Assembly (NCBI GenBank): GCA_036231405.1
Contig: JAZAHK010000003.1
Span: forward strand, 220,416-284,415
Reading direction: 5' to 3'
Origin: Nitrospinota bacterium
GTDB lineage: Bacteria; UBA8248
Length of the DNA: 64,000 nucleotides
Within the stretch, counting starts at the first letter, position 1, and each line of letters starts with the position of its first letter. The position numbers and the translations under genes are program-made. The notes under the pieces were generated by a model. The model had not been told where the DNA came from and ran no database searches. It saw nothing but the letters and a program-made list of their open reading frames with translations. Positions 48,024 to 58,075 of the stretch are shown here, piece by piece.

Positions 48024-49691
48024 ATGCTTAAACAAAATGGCTCCGGCCTTTTTTTAGAAACACTGTTAGACGAGGGAGTAAAATGTATCTTCGGGAATCC
48101 TGGAACTACGGAACTTCCTCTTATGGACGCTCTAGTAAACGAAAACAGACTAGATTATATACTTTGCTTACATGAATCAGTTGCAATAGGAGCTGCAGAG
48201 GGGTATGCATTTGCAACTGGTGGTGTTGGCGTTGTCAATATCCATGTTGCCCCGGGACTAGGGAATGCAATGGGAATGCTTTACAATTCTAAAAGAGCAG
48301 GAACTCCTTTACTTGTCACCGCTGGAAATCAAGGTCAAGAAGGCCAACTGTCAGAACCTATTCTATGGGATGATCTTCCAAGATTGGCTACACCCTTCAC
48401 AAAATGGTCTCATGAAATTAGAAGAGTTGAAGATCTTGAACAGTGTATTCGCAGAGCAATAAAAGTAGCCTTAACGCCTCCTACCGGACCAGTTTTCCTT
48501 TCCCTTCCTGGAGATGTAATGCTCTCTGAAGCGGTAGAACTAACAGGAAGTCCTACACGATTATCGAACAGAATTTGTGCTGGGGAAGATGTAATAGAAA
48601 GTGCTGTTCGTCTACTGTTACAAGCAAAAAAACCTTGCATAGTAGCAGGTTCTCGTGTTTTTAGATCTTCGGCTTGTAACGAACTAGTCGAAGTGTCAGA
48701 ACGTATAGGAGCATTAGTCTACGGTGACAATAAACCAAACACCGCTTTCTTCCCAGCTTCTCATAAGCTTTATTGTGGGGAATTGCCAAATACAATTGTA
48801 CCACTTCTTGATGAACTAGAAAGTTCAGATGTTGTCTTCTTTATTGGAACAGAAGCCTACACTTTATCCTACCCACCTAGCATTCCTCTTAAGCCAAGAG
48901 GAGCCCAAGTCATTTATCTAGACTCTGATCCATGGGAAATTGGAAAGAATTTCCCGGTAGAAGTTGCAATGCTCGGAGATCCGAAAACCACTCTATCAAG
49001 AATGCTTGAGGTAATTGAAAAACTTGCACAAGATAGTGACGAAAAATTTATTGAAGAACGTCGTTTTAAAGCAGAAAAAATTGCCTTAGAAAAAAAACAA
49101 AAGATAACTCCCAAAATCGAATTAAGTGAGGACAGGGGAATGTCTCGCTCTTCTTTTATTGCCACAATTGGTGAGTCAATTCCAGAGGGAACTGCAATTG
49201 TAGATGAATCACTCACTACTGGTTGGGCAGGAATGCGTCAAGCTATTGCAAAAAAAGCTGGACACTACTTTGGGACGAAAGGTGGTGGCATAGGATTAGG
49301 ACTCCCCACTACCTTGGGAGTCAAGAAAGCATTGCCAGATACTCCTGTAATCTGTATTTCAGGAGATGGGTCTTCAATGTACACTTTCCAAACACTTTGG
49401 ACTGCTTCTCACTACGGTTTAAATGCTGTTTGGATAATCGCGAACAACGGAAGCTACAGAATCCTAAAAGAAAGAGCAGTAAATTTAGGAAGGAAAACGA
49501 ACGAATTCCGTAAATTCGTTGCGATGGATCTTCAAAACCCATCTATTGATTTTCAAAATCTTGCAAAAAGCTTAGGAGTTTCTTCAACAAGAGCTGAAAC
49601 TCCCAAAGAGCTTAAAAAAGCAATTAACGAAGCGCTGCAATCAGGGAAACCGTATTTGATTGATGCTCTTATTATTAACGATGAATTATAA
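48024..49691 (+). CDS. ThDP-dependent decarboxylase, benzoylformate decarboxylase-like
   Basis: FGNPGTTELP, LHESVA, NIHVAPGLGNAMG, GGGIG, GDGSSMYTFQTLWTA and NNGSYRIL. Confidence 0.88.
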   Translation: MLKQNGSGLFLETLLDEGVKCIFGNPGTTELPLMDALVNENRLDYILCLHESVAIGAAEGYAFATGGVGVVNIHVAPGLGNAMGMLYNSKRAGTPLLVTAGNQGQEGQLSEPILWDDLPRLATPFTKWSHEIRRVEDLEQCIRRAIKVALTPPTGPVFLSLPGDVMLSEAVELTGSPTRLSNRICAGEDVIESAVRLLLQAKKPCIVAGSRVFRSSACNELVEVSERIGALVYGDNKPNTAFFPASHKLYCGELPNTIVPLLDELESSDVVFFIGTEAYTLSYPPSIPLKPRGAQVIYLDSDPWEIGKNFPVEVAMLGDPKTTLSRMLEVIEKLAQDSDEKFIEERRFKAEKIALEKKQKITPKIELSEDRGMSRSSFIATIGESIPEGTAIVDESLTTGWAGMRQAIAKKAGHYFGTKGGGIGLGLPTTLGVKKALPDTPVICISGDGSSMYTFQTLWTASHYGLNAVWIIANNGSYRILKERAVNLGRKTNEFRKFVAMDLQNPSIDFQNLAKSLGVSSTRAETPKELKKAINEALQSGKPYLIDALIINDEL

Positions 49692-49871
49692 AAAATATGA
49701 TTGCGTTATACATAATAATCACATAATCAAAAATAAGACATATTAATAACTATCTTGACCTAAGGGCAAGATAAATGAGAAAAGGGTGTATAAACCTATT
49801 TATTTTAATCGACTACTATTAAATAGTCTAAATTATATGACCTAAACCGTTATATTTCGTGAGGAAAACAG

Positions 49872-50966
49872 TTGTTTAGCGCAGAAAAGATGATAATCCT
49901 AACCTATAGTAGTTTCGCTTATGCTGCTCTACTCTTCCTTCTTGCTAGTGGGCTCTCTCTTATTTTTGGAGTTATGAGAATTGTGAATTTAGCCCACGCT
50001 GCTTTTTTTCTTTTTTCTGGCTACATTGCCCTTGAGTTCTATAACATAATATACGGAACTGTCAGTTTAATACCTCGTTTCATACAAATCATTTCATGGA
50101 CAGTATTATATTTTGTGTGGAAATCAATTTCCAAAAAAATGAGCGGTGGTAGGTCAGCTCTACTTTTACTTGTAATTTACTTAATTATAGAAATCTTTTC
50201 ATTGTCATTTTGGTCTTTTCCAATTTATGAAAATCTTTTTTTTGTTAAGGTTCCGGTCAAATCTGTAGCAAATTTGAGTATTTGGATGCTAATTGGTGCT
50301 CTTATTTTTACAATCATTATCATTTCTTTAGCTGGTTTTTTTGTAGAACGTGTTTTTCTCAGACAACTTGGACAAGACACAATAGCTCAGGTTCTTGTAA
50401 CTATAGGTTTTGCTTTTATTTTACAAGATGGTTCTTTGTACATGTGGGGTGGAGATAACTACTTCTTTGATCTACCTAAATTACTTGGCGGAAGTTTTAC
50501 AATGCAAGGAATGACTTTTGAGAAATTCAGACTGTTTCTTATCTTTGTAGCAGCCATAGTTGCAATCGCACTATATTTCTGTATTGAGAGAACTAAGCTT
50601 GGGGCCATTATGAGGGCAACCGTAGATGACCCTGAAATGGCAAGAGGAGTAGGAATCAATACGAACATAGTATCCATGAGCATTTTTGCAATCGGGACAT
50701 CACTTGCTGCTATCGGTGGAATCGTAGGTGCATCTTTCCTAGGTGTTTATCCCGGACTAGATTTTGAAATTCTCCCTTACGCCTTTGCTGTTGTCATTAT
50801 AGGAGGGATGGGAAGTCTTGGGGGTGCTCTCGTTGGAAGTATCATTGTGGGTTTAATAGAAAATTTTGCTACCGCCTTTTTCCCTGAATTAAATTATTTT
50901 GCCCTTTTTGCACCTATGGCAATCATTTTGGCGGTAAAACCGACCGGATTATTTGGTAAGGGGTAA
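49872..50966 (+). CDS. Branched-chain amino acid-type ABC permease (LivH-like)
   Basis: ASGLSLIFGVMRIVNLAH, TKLGAIMRA and IIGGMGS. Confidence 0.9.
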   Translation: MFSAEKMIILTYSSFAYAALLFLLASGLSLIFGVMRIVNLAHAAFFLFSGYIALEFYNIIYGTVSLIPRFIQIISWTVLYFVWKSISKKMSGGRSALLLLVIYLIIEIFSLSFWSFPIYENLFFVKVPVKSVANLSIWMLIGALIFTIIIISLAGFFVERVFLRQLGQDTIAQVLVTIGFAFILQDGSLYMWGGDNYFFDLPKLLGGSFTMQGMTFEKFRLFLIFVAAIVAIALYFCIERTKLGAIMRATVDDPEMARGVGINTNIVSMSIFAIGTSLAAIGGIVGASFLGVYPGLDFEILPYAFAVVIIGGMGSLGGALVGSIIVGLIENFATAFFPELNYFALFAPMAIILAVKPTGLFGKG

Positions 50967-50969
50967 GTT

Positions 50970-52061
50970 TTGAAAAGTATAGAATTATTAATATCTGCTA
51001 TTGCACTGGGTTTAGGGATTATATGTTATCTCAAGTTAGACAAGAAGAATATAATTCTAAAAAAATTCGTGATGTTGTTTTTTGGCCTTTTGACAATTGG
51101 GTGTTTAACACCATTTATTGATAAATACGTACCTCTTTCTCAACTTATTATGAACGAGATCCTTGTTTTTGGGGTTTTGGCAATGAGTCTAGATATTCTT
51201 ATGGGATACACCGGCTTGGCTTCACTGGGGCACGCTGCATACTTTGGAGTATCTTCTTATGCATGCGCAATAGTGATGACAAAAACAAGTTGGGTGACAT
51301 CATTTGCTGCCTATACCTGGGCACAAAGCAACGGTCTTGGAATAATCTTCTTATTGGTATTAGCAATCGTTGTTGCAATTTTTTTCGCAGCCTTTTTTGG
51401 TCTTCTTGCAATAAGGGCAACAGACGTCTATTTCTTGATGATCACTTTATCTTTAGCTATGGTAGTTTGGGGACTTGCATACCGTTGGAGTGCTGTAACG
51501 GAGGGAGACAATGGGATCAACGTCCCAGGAAGACCGTCCTTGTTTGGGATAAATTTAGATAACGATTATAATTTCTACTTTTTTACACTAGGTATTTTTC
51601 TTCTTTGTTTCAGCGTTATGTATCTTTTCGTGAACAGTCCATTTGGTAAAACTTTAGTCGGTATTAGAGAAAGTGAAGAGAGAATGAAGATGCTAGGTTA
51701 TAACACCTGGCTTCATAAATACATAGCTTTCATCGTCGCGGGTATTTTTAGCGGAATTGCAGGTTTTTTATGGACACTTTTTAATTTATTCGTAAGTCCT
51801 CCTGATTTAGAATTGATTACCTCTGCGGAAGCACTTTTTATGGTTGCATTGGGAGGGCCAGCCACCTTGCTAGGACCGGTCATCGGCGCTAGTATTATTA
51901 AAATACTACAACAATTTGTAAGTATATACGTAGAACGATGGCCCTTAATACTTGGAGCCATCTACATTATAACAATTATGGTTAGTAGATTGTACAAGGT
52001 AGAAGGGATACTTGGCATCGTAAGTAAAATACGTGGTTCTTCAGCATCTTCAAAAGAGTAA
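50970..52061 (+). CDS. Branched-chain amino acid-type ABC permease (LivM-like)
   Basis: GYTGLASLGHAAYFG, YFLMITL, SPFGKTLVGIRE and LGGPATLLGP. Confidence 0.9.
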   Translation: MKSIELLISAIALGLGIICYLKLDKKNIILKKFVMLFFGLLTIGCLTPFIDKYVPLSQLIMNEILVFGVLAMSLDILMGYTGLASLGHAAYFGVSSYACAIVMTKTSWVTSFAAYTWAQSNGLGIIFLLVLAIVVAIFFAAFFGLLAIRATDVYFLMITLSLAMVVWGLAYRWSAVTEGDNGINVPGRPSLFGINLDNDYNFYFFTLGIFLLCFSVMYLFVNSPFGKTLVGIRESEERMKMLGYNTWLHKYIAFIVAGIFSGIAGFLWTLFNLFVSPPDLELITSAEALFMVALGGPATLLGPVIGASIIKILQQFVSIYVERWPLILGAIYIITIMVSRLYKVEGILGIVSKIRGSSASSKE

Positions 52062-52106
52062 TACGTATAATTTAAGATACTTTTTTTAATCAAAGGAGGG
52101 TTCTAA

Positions 52107-53363
52107 ATGTTGAAAAGACTAGTCGTACTAGTAGCTGTTATCGCGCTTAGTTTTACTTTTGCGGTAAAAGACGCGACTTCGGCGGAAAAAGAATTTCGAA
52201 TTGGTTGGCTTGCAGCAGTGACTGGTTGGGCAGCACAAATTGGTAAGGATATGACAAATGGTTTTAAGATGTACTTGGATCAACAAAATTACAAATTTGG
52301 TCCACTGAAAGTGAAATTTATAGTTGAAGATAATTTGGCAAAACCACCTGTAAACGTTAGAAAAGCAATGAAACTAATTAAACGTGACAAAGTTCATCTT
52401 TTCTCGGGTGGTCTACTTGCTAGTACAGGGTATGCACTTGCTCCTTTAGCTGAAAGAACTAATGTACTATACATTTCTCCAATTCCAGCTGCTGATGATT
52501 TAACACAAAGAAAAAGATATAAAAACTTTATGCGTTTAGGTTTCACTAGCAGTCAAAATAGTCACCCACAAGGTCAGTGGGCTTGCGAACAAGGATTTAA
52601 AAAGGTTGTAACTATTGCTGCAGATTACGCTTTTGGTTATGAAACCGTAGGTGGTTTTCAAAAAACTTTTGAAGCGTGTGGCGGTAAAATTATCAAAAAA
52701 TTATGGCCCAAAATAGGAACGAAAGATTTTGCTCCTTATCTTGCAAAGTTTCCAAAAGATTTGGATGCCGTTTTCACATTGATGGTAGGTGGAATGTCAC
52801 TCTCCTTCCCGAAACAGTTCAGGGGAGCAGGATTTAAAGCTCCTATGTTAGGCGGAATCACAAGCGCGGATGAGTTCATCTTGCCCAATATGGGAGATGA
52901 AGCAATTGGATACATTACTGCTGGTCAGTACAGCGCTGCATTAGATACAAAAAAGAACAGAGCATTCGTAAAAGAGTATCAAAAGCGCTACGGAAAAATG
53001 GCTTCTTATTACTCAGAGAGTTGCTATACAGCAGCATTGTTCATACATAAAGCGTTAGCAAAAATTAATTATAAATACGACAGAGACAAATTCAAAGATG
53101 CTATGAGGTCACTAAGAGTAGACGCAATTAGAGGACCTGTTTACCTAGACAAATTTGACAATCCTGTTCATAACGTTTACATACGAAAAGTAGTAAGAAT
53201 CTCTGGTGACCATAAAGGGTTAGGTGTTAAGCCAAACTCTCTATGGAACAAAGTTATCAAAACTTACCCTGCAATAGGACAATTCTATCCTGATTCAGCA
53301 GAGAAATTTCTAAAACAGCCTGTTTACAGCAAGAATTTTCCTCCATGCAAACATTGTAGATAA
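52107..53363 (+). CDS. ABC substrate-binding protein (LivJ-like, aromatic/organic-acid-binding type)
   Basis: Signal peptide, ADYAFGYE and GTKDFAPYL; SD AAGGAGG. Confidence 0.88.
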   Translation: MLKRLVVLVAVIALSFTFAVKDATSAEKEFRIGWLAAVTGWAAQIGKDMTNGFKMYLDQQNYKFGPLKVKFIVEDNLAKPPVNVRKAMKLIKRDKVHLFSGGLLASTGYALAPLAERTNVLYISPIPAADDLTQRKRYKNFMRLGFTSSQNSHPQGQWACEQGFKKVVTIAADYAFGYETVGGFQKTFEACGGKIIKKLWPKIGTKDFAPYLAKFPKDLDAVFTLMVGGMSLSFPKQFRGAGFKAPMLGGITSADEFILPNMGDEAIGYITAGQYSAALDTKKNRAFVKEYQKRYGKMASYYSESCYTAALFIHKALAKINYKYDRDKFKDAMRSLRVDAIRGPVYLDKFDNPVHNVYIRKVVRISGDHKGLGVKPNSLWNKVIKTYPAIGQFYPDSAEKFLKQPVYSKNFPPCKHCR

Positions 53364-53373
53364 GACGTAACTC

Positions 53374-53412
53374 CGTTTGCCGCTTGATTTTTTCAAGCGG
53401 CAAACGATTTTT
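53374..53412 (+). terminator. Intercistronic hairpin (intrinsic terminator or stabiliser)
   Basis: Perfect 14-bp stem CGTTTGCCGCTTGA/TCAAGCGGCAAACG with a T5 loop, followed by ATTTTT. Confidence 0.75.
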
Positions 53413-53425
53413 AATGGGATAGAAA

Positions 53426-54178
53426 TTGGATAATCAGGAAGTATCTTTACAACTTGAAAATGTAACTAAAGAGTTTGGTGGTCTGACGGCCGTCGACGAC
53501 GTTTCCTTTACTTTAGGTCCAGGAGATAGAAGAGGGATACTTGGACCAAATGGCGCCGGGAAAACTACCCTTTTTCACTTAATAACTGGGGTAATACCTG
53601 TAAGCAGAGGAAGAGTCACCCTTTTTGAACAGGATGTTACGAACTGGCCTACTCACAAAAGGGTTGAATTGGGTCTTGCTAGAACATTTCAGATAACCAG
53701 CCTGTTCTCCGGCCTAAGTGTTTATGAAAATGTACTTCTAGCAGTCCAAGGACTCAGCAAAACAAAAATGGTCATGTTTAGGCCGATATCTAAATTCAAA
53801 ACCATACATGATAAAGTGGAAGAACTACTTACCACATCCCAGTTCTGGGGAAAAAAAGATACACAGATTAAAAATCTTTCCCATGGAGAACAAAGACAGT
53901 TAGAAATAGTTCTTGCACTAGCAAGCGACCCTAAAGTATTGATGCTTGATGAACCTACAGCAGGACTGGCAACAGGAGAATCAGCAGAAATGGCAAATTT
54001 TCTAAATACCTTAAGTAAGGATATTGCTATTTTAATTATCGAACATGATCTGGATGTTATTTTTGAAGTTGCTGAACATATCTTGGTCTTGCATTATGGA
54101 AAACTTTTAACGGATGGCAGTGTGGACGAGGTTAAAAATAATCAACAAGTACAAGAAATTTACTTAGGACAGGGATAA
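53426..54178 (+). CDS. ABC ATPase (LivG-like)
   Basis: GPNGAGKTT, ARTFQ, LSHGEQR, LDEP and IEHD. Confidence 0.93.
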   Translation: MDNQEVSLQLENVTKEFGGLTAVDDVSFTLGPGDRRGILGPNGAGKTTLFHLITGVIPVSRGRVTLFEQDVTNWPTHKRVELGLARTFQITSLFSGLSVYENVLLAVQGLSKTKMVMFRPISKFKTIHDKVEELLTTSQFWGKKDTQIKNLSHGEQRQLEIVLALASDPKVLMLDEPTAGLATGESAEMANFLNTLSKDIAILIIEHDLDVIFEVAEHILVLHYGKLLTDGSVDEVKNNQQVQEIYLGQG

Positions 54179-54885
54179 TGACCACATTACTAAGTGTGCA
54201 AGAAATCCATACTTACTATGGAGACTCTTATGTTCTGCAAGGCATGAGCATAGAACTGAAAGCTGGAGAGGCATTAGGAATCCTGGGAAGAAATGGAATG
54301 GGAAAAACTACCTTAGTTAATTCCATTATGGGCTTCGTACCTCCTAGGGATGGAAAAATATTATTTAAAGATAGGGAAATTACTAAAACTTCGAGTTATG
54401 AAATTTCAGATATTGGCATAGGTCTCTGTCCTCAAGGGAGACGTATTTTCCCAACGCTTTCCGTAAGAGAAAATCTCATTGTTGCTGAACAACAAAAGGG
54501 GAAGTTGCTTTGGAATACAGACGCGATTTACGATCTTTTTCCAAGACTAGGAGAAAGAAGACTACAACAAGCAGGTTCTTTGTCGGGCGGAGAACAACAA
54601 ATGTTAGCTGTTGGCAGAGCACTCATGACAAATCCTGACTGTTTAATTTTAGACGAACCTTCAGAAGGGCTCGCTCCTCTTATCATTCAAGATCTCGGAA
54701 ACGCTATAAGCTCTCTTAAAGAAAAAGGCCTTTCAATACTCCTAGTTGAGCAGAATGCTCCATTTGCAATTAAGACGGTAGACAGGGTGAACGTTATAGA
54801 AAAAGGTAAAGTTGTGCTCGATACATCTCCAGAAGAATTATGGGCCAATGAGCAAGTAAAAAAACAATATCTAGGAATCGGATAG
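54178..54885 (+). CDS. ABC ATPase (LivF-like)
   Basis: GRNGMGKTT, LSGGEQQML, LDEPSEGLAP and VEQN. Confidence 0.93.
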   Translation: MTTLLSVQEIHTYYGDSYVLQGMSIELKAGEALGILGRNGMGKTTLVNSIMGFVPPRDGKILFKDREITKTSSYEISDIGIGLCPQGRRIFPTLSVRENLIVAEQQKGKLLWNTDAIYDLFPRLGERRLQQAGSLSGGEQQMLAVGRALMTNPDCLILDEPSEGLAPLIIQDLGNAISSLKEKGLSILLVEQNAPFAIKTVDRVNVIEKGKVVLDTSPEELWANEQVKKQYLGIG

Positions 54886-54899
54886 TCTTACTTCGTAGG

Positions 54900-57191
54900 T
54901 TAATCCTTTAAACTCTCTACAATTCTATCAGGTGACAGGGGAAGTACAGTAAATCGTTTCCCCGTAGCGTCAAAAAGAGCATTCGCAACTGCTGCAGCTG
55001 TAGGGACATTTACCTGTTCTCCAACACCTTTAGCACCATAAGGTCCATTTGAATAATGATCTTCAACTATATATCCTTCAATACAATCAGGAATATCTAG
55101 TCCTGTCGGAGCTAAATATCCGTGCATGTCAGGATTAGACATTACGCCGTCTTTTTGAACAATTTCCTCCATTAGGCAAAAACCAAGACCCATATAGACC
55201 CCGCCTTCAATCTGCTGCAAAACTCCCATCGGGTTAATAGCCTTCCCAACATCATGTGCAGCCCAAATTCCAATAACTTCAACCTCTCCGGTTTCAGGAT
55301 CTAGAAGAACTTCTGCAATCTGAGAACCAAACCCATATACTTCGTATGGTTCTCCTAACCCTGTTTCTTTATCAATTTTTGCAGGTGGCGCGATGCTATC
55401 TGAAGCACCTAAAAGTTTTAATTCATCAGAAACAAATCCTTTAGCAATATCTTGAAGACTAATTTCTTTCCCTAAAAATGATTTAGAACGAATAACCCCA
55501 TCAAACAATTCTAAATCTCCTGGATTTGCTTCTAGCAAAAAACCCGCTAACCGAAGTAATTCATCTCGAGCTTTTACAGACGCGTTAAAAACCGCTTTCC
55601 CACCTTGCATCGTAATACGGGAACTTGAACTTGTTCCTCCAAAAGGATCAAGAGAGGTGTCTACATTTTCCATCATAATTTGGTCGAAAGGAATATCTAA
55701 AGTTTCAGAAGCAATTTGATTTAAAACTGTTTTGCTTCCTTGACCAAAATCAACCACTCCAGCGGCTATTTGAATTTTCCCTTTTGAGGTCAGAAAAACA
55801 TGCGCTTCCGCAGGAGAATAAGCATTCCCTGTACCATACAAACAACTTGCAATTCCTATCCCTCGTAACCTTCCATCAGCGTTCTTTCTATTTCCATTTT
55901 TTTTCAATTTCCATTTTGATGCAATCTCAACTTTATTAAGAGATTCGACCAGCCCAACACTTTCAGTCAAAACTTGATTCCACGCTGTTTTAGTATTCTT
56001 CTGAAGACCATTCTTCGTTCGAAAGAGGATAGGATCAATGTCTAGCATACTTGACAATTCATCTATTTGTTGCTCACAAGCAAAATGGACTTGTGGACAA
56101 CCTGGACCCCTCATCTGACCACCATAAGGATTATTAGAGTGAACACAGAAAACATCGACCTTCACATTCGGTATCTGATAAGGGCCTGGGGAATGATATA
56201 ATGCCCTCTTAAAGGCAGGTGGAGTATCCCCTCCATTAGCGACATAGGCCCCTTTATCCAACCAGACTTTAATTTCACATGCCATCAATTTTCCATCTTT
56301 CGTAGAACCAAGACGGCTTCGGACAACTGAAGGATGTCGTTTGGTTGAACCGATCATACTTTCTTCTCTAGAATATACAAGTTTTACAGGACGGCGTGAT
56401 GCACGAGCCAAAAGAGCAGCTCTTAAACAAACATCCAAACTAGCTTCACTCTTACCTCCAAACGCACCGCCTGGAGTAGTCTGTTTGAATCTTACAGAAC
56501 CTTCTCCAGTCAGTCTTAGAATACGAGCCACATTTTGACGTACAAGAAAGGGCTGCTGAGTGGAACCCCATATTTGATAGTCTCTTTCAGTAAGTGGCAT
56601 AGCAATAGCAGATTCTACCTCTAAATAAAAATGATCAATTGCAGGAGTTCTATATTCTTTTTCCACTACAACATGAGAAAGCTCAAAACCTTTTTTCAAA
56701 TCTCCCTTCCGAATTTTTCCATGGTTTAGAAGATTCCCATCTGGAAAAAGAATTGGAGCATTTTTTTTCAGACCATCAACCGGATCATCGGTTACTTTCA
56801 AAACTTCATATTCCACAACAATTTTTTTTAATGCTTCATCTGCAGCTTCATGAGTTTCAGCTGCAATCAAAGCAACGACATCGCCCATATAACGAACTCG
56901 ATCTCGGGCAACTAACGGAGTACTTCTGATGTGCTCAGTCATTCTAAGTTCTTCATTGAAATCATTGCCCGTAATAATAGATACAACACCTGGAACCTTT
57001 TTTGCTTTTTTTGTATCTACGGAAAGAATTCGAGCGTGTGCATGAAGCGTTCTAAGTGCACGTCCTACTAGAACATCCCTTGGGACGATATCGTCCAAAT
57101 AGAATGTCTCACCTGTTGCCTTTTCTTTGGAGTCAATAAATGGTTGTATCGTTCCAACTACGGTACCACCCATATCCTTTGCTTCAGCCAT
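54900..57191 (-). CDS. Xanthine dehydrogenase-family molybdopterin-binding subunit
   Basis: HARI, GGAFGGK, MRGPG, GQGS, QIEGG and GAKGVGE. Confidence 0.92.
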   Translation of the reverse strand: MAEAKDMGGTVVGTIQPFIDSKEKATGETFYLDDIVPRDVLVGRALRTLHAHARILSVDTKKAKKVPGVVSIITGNDFNEELRMTEHIRSTPLVARDRVRYMGDVVALIAAETHEAADEALKKIVVEYEVLKVTDDPVDGLKKNAPILFPDGNLLNHGKIRKGDLKKGFELSHVVVEKEYRTPAIDHFYLEVESAIAMPLTERDYQIWGSTQQPFLVRQNVARILRLTGEGSVRFKQTTPGGAFGGKSEASLDVCLRAALLARASRRPVKLVYSREESMIGSTKRHPSVVRSRLGSTKDGKLMACEIKVWLDKGAYVANGGDTPPAFKRALYHSPGPYQIPNVKVDVFCVHSNNPYGGQMRGPGCPQVHFACEQQIDELSSMLDIDPILFRTKNGLQKNTKTAWNQVLTESVGLVESLNKVEIASKWKLKKNGNRKNADGRLRGIGIASCLYGTGNAYSPAEAHVFLTSKGKIQIAAGVVDFGQGSKTVLNQIASETLDIPFDQIMMENVDTSLDPFGGTSSSSRITMQGGKAVFNASVKARDELLRLAGFLLEANPGDLELFDGVIRSKSFLGKEISLQDIAKGFVSDELKLLGASDSIAPPAKIDKETGLGEPYEVYGFGSQIAEVLLDPETGEVEVIGIWAAHDVGKAINPMGVLQQIEGGVYMGLGFCLMEEIVQKDGVMSNPDMHGYLAPTGLDIPDCIEGYIVEDHYSNGPYGAKGVGEQVNVPTAAAVANALFDATGKRFTVLPLSPDRIVESLKD

Positions 57192-57298
57192 TTAAACCTC
57201 AATCGAAAACAAAAAATTACGCAGTTTAATTTTTTATAAACACTTGTATTATAATAGGAAAAATTAAGAAACACTAACCATTCAAAAAGGAAAATGAA

Positions 57299-58075
57299 GT
57301 GCTAGCTAGTAAAACATTTTACTTTAGAATCTTCCTAATTCTTCTTCTACTAGAGGTTGCAGGTTGTACGAATCTCCATACCAATCAAGAGAAAAATATT
57401 TCCTGGTCAAATTGGGGAGAAATTATTTCCTTGAATACAAAAAGTAAGAGTTGCATAACAATCGCAGCACCTCATGGAACAAACGATGAAAAAACCGATA
57501 TTCTGGTTAGAGATATCTCAAAGCTTGGAGGTTTTTCTGCCATAATCGCAACCGGTTTCGTTGAGGGTAGCGGATACCTTAGAAATAGAATAAATGTAAA
57601 TCGCCCTACTGAAAAATTTAAATCAGGTTCATCAAAGATGCATTATTTCTCTAAAAGATCCCAATCAGTTTACAATGAGTACCTAAAACAAGTTTTAAAA
57701 GTTCATACGGAACCTATGACAGACCTCTATATAGAGATTCATGGACAGGCAAAATTTCCGCAAGAAATAGAAATTGCGACAAAGGGAATTACATTAGAAG
57801 ATGCAAAATTCTTCATGCAACTTTGGGGGAAAAACAAGACCACTACAAAGAAAACTAAAAAGATTTTTGATAACTTTGAACTTCGTATCGAACCTCTTCA
57901 TTCTATATATTATAGAGCGACCGACAATAAAGATTTTGGAACGATTTCCAAAGTAGAGAAAGCTCTTCATATAGAATTACCTAGAGTCTTGAGAACGGTT
58001 CCTGAATATAGAAAAATAACTGGCCAAATAATAACGAAAGTACTGTTAGAATTTAAAGAAAGGATGTGCAAATGA
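57299..58075 (+). CDS. Putative lipoprotein with zinc-hydrolase-like motifs
   Basis: Lipobox VAGC; IAAPHG..DE, NVNRPTE, EIHG and LHIEL resemble the N-formylglutamate amidohydrolase/poly-gamma-glutamate hydrolase fold. Confidence 0.5.
   Translation: MLASKTFYFRIFLILLLLEVAGCTNLHTNQEKNISWSNWGEIISLNTKSKSCITIAAPHGTNDEKTDILVRDISKLGGFSAIIATGFVEGSGYLRNRINVNRPTEKFKSGSSKMHYFSKRSQSVYNEYLKQVLKVHTEPMTDLYIEIHGQAKFPQEIEIATKGITLEDAKFFMQLWGKNKTTTKKTKKIFDNFELRIEPLHSIYYRATDNKDFGTISKVEKALHIELPRVLRTVPEYRKITGQIITKVLLEFKERMCK

Noticed and set aside
54900-57191. Aerobic CO dehydrogenase CoxL
   Set aside because: It lacks the AYxCSFR motif, and no coxM/coxS genes are adjacent.
22256-58075. Additional selenoproteins at other TGA stops (22258, 24063, 25045, 46787, 58075)
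   Set aside because: These TGAs fall at natural C-termini, are followed by intergenic sequence or the next gene, and are not in Cys-type motifs.
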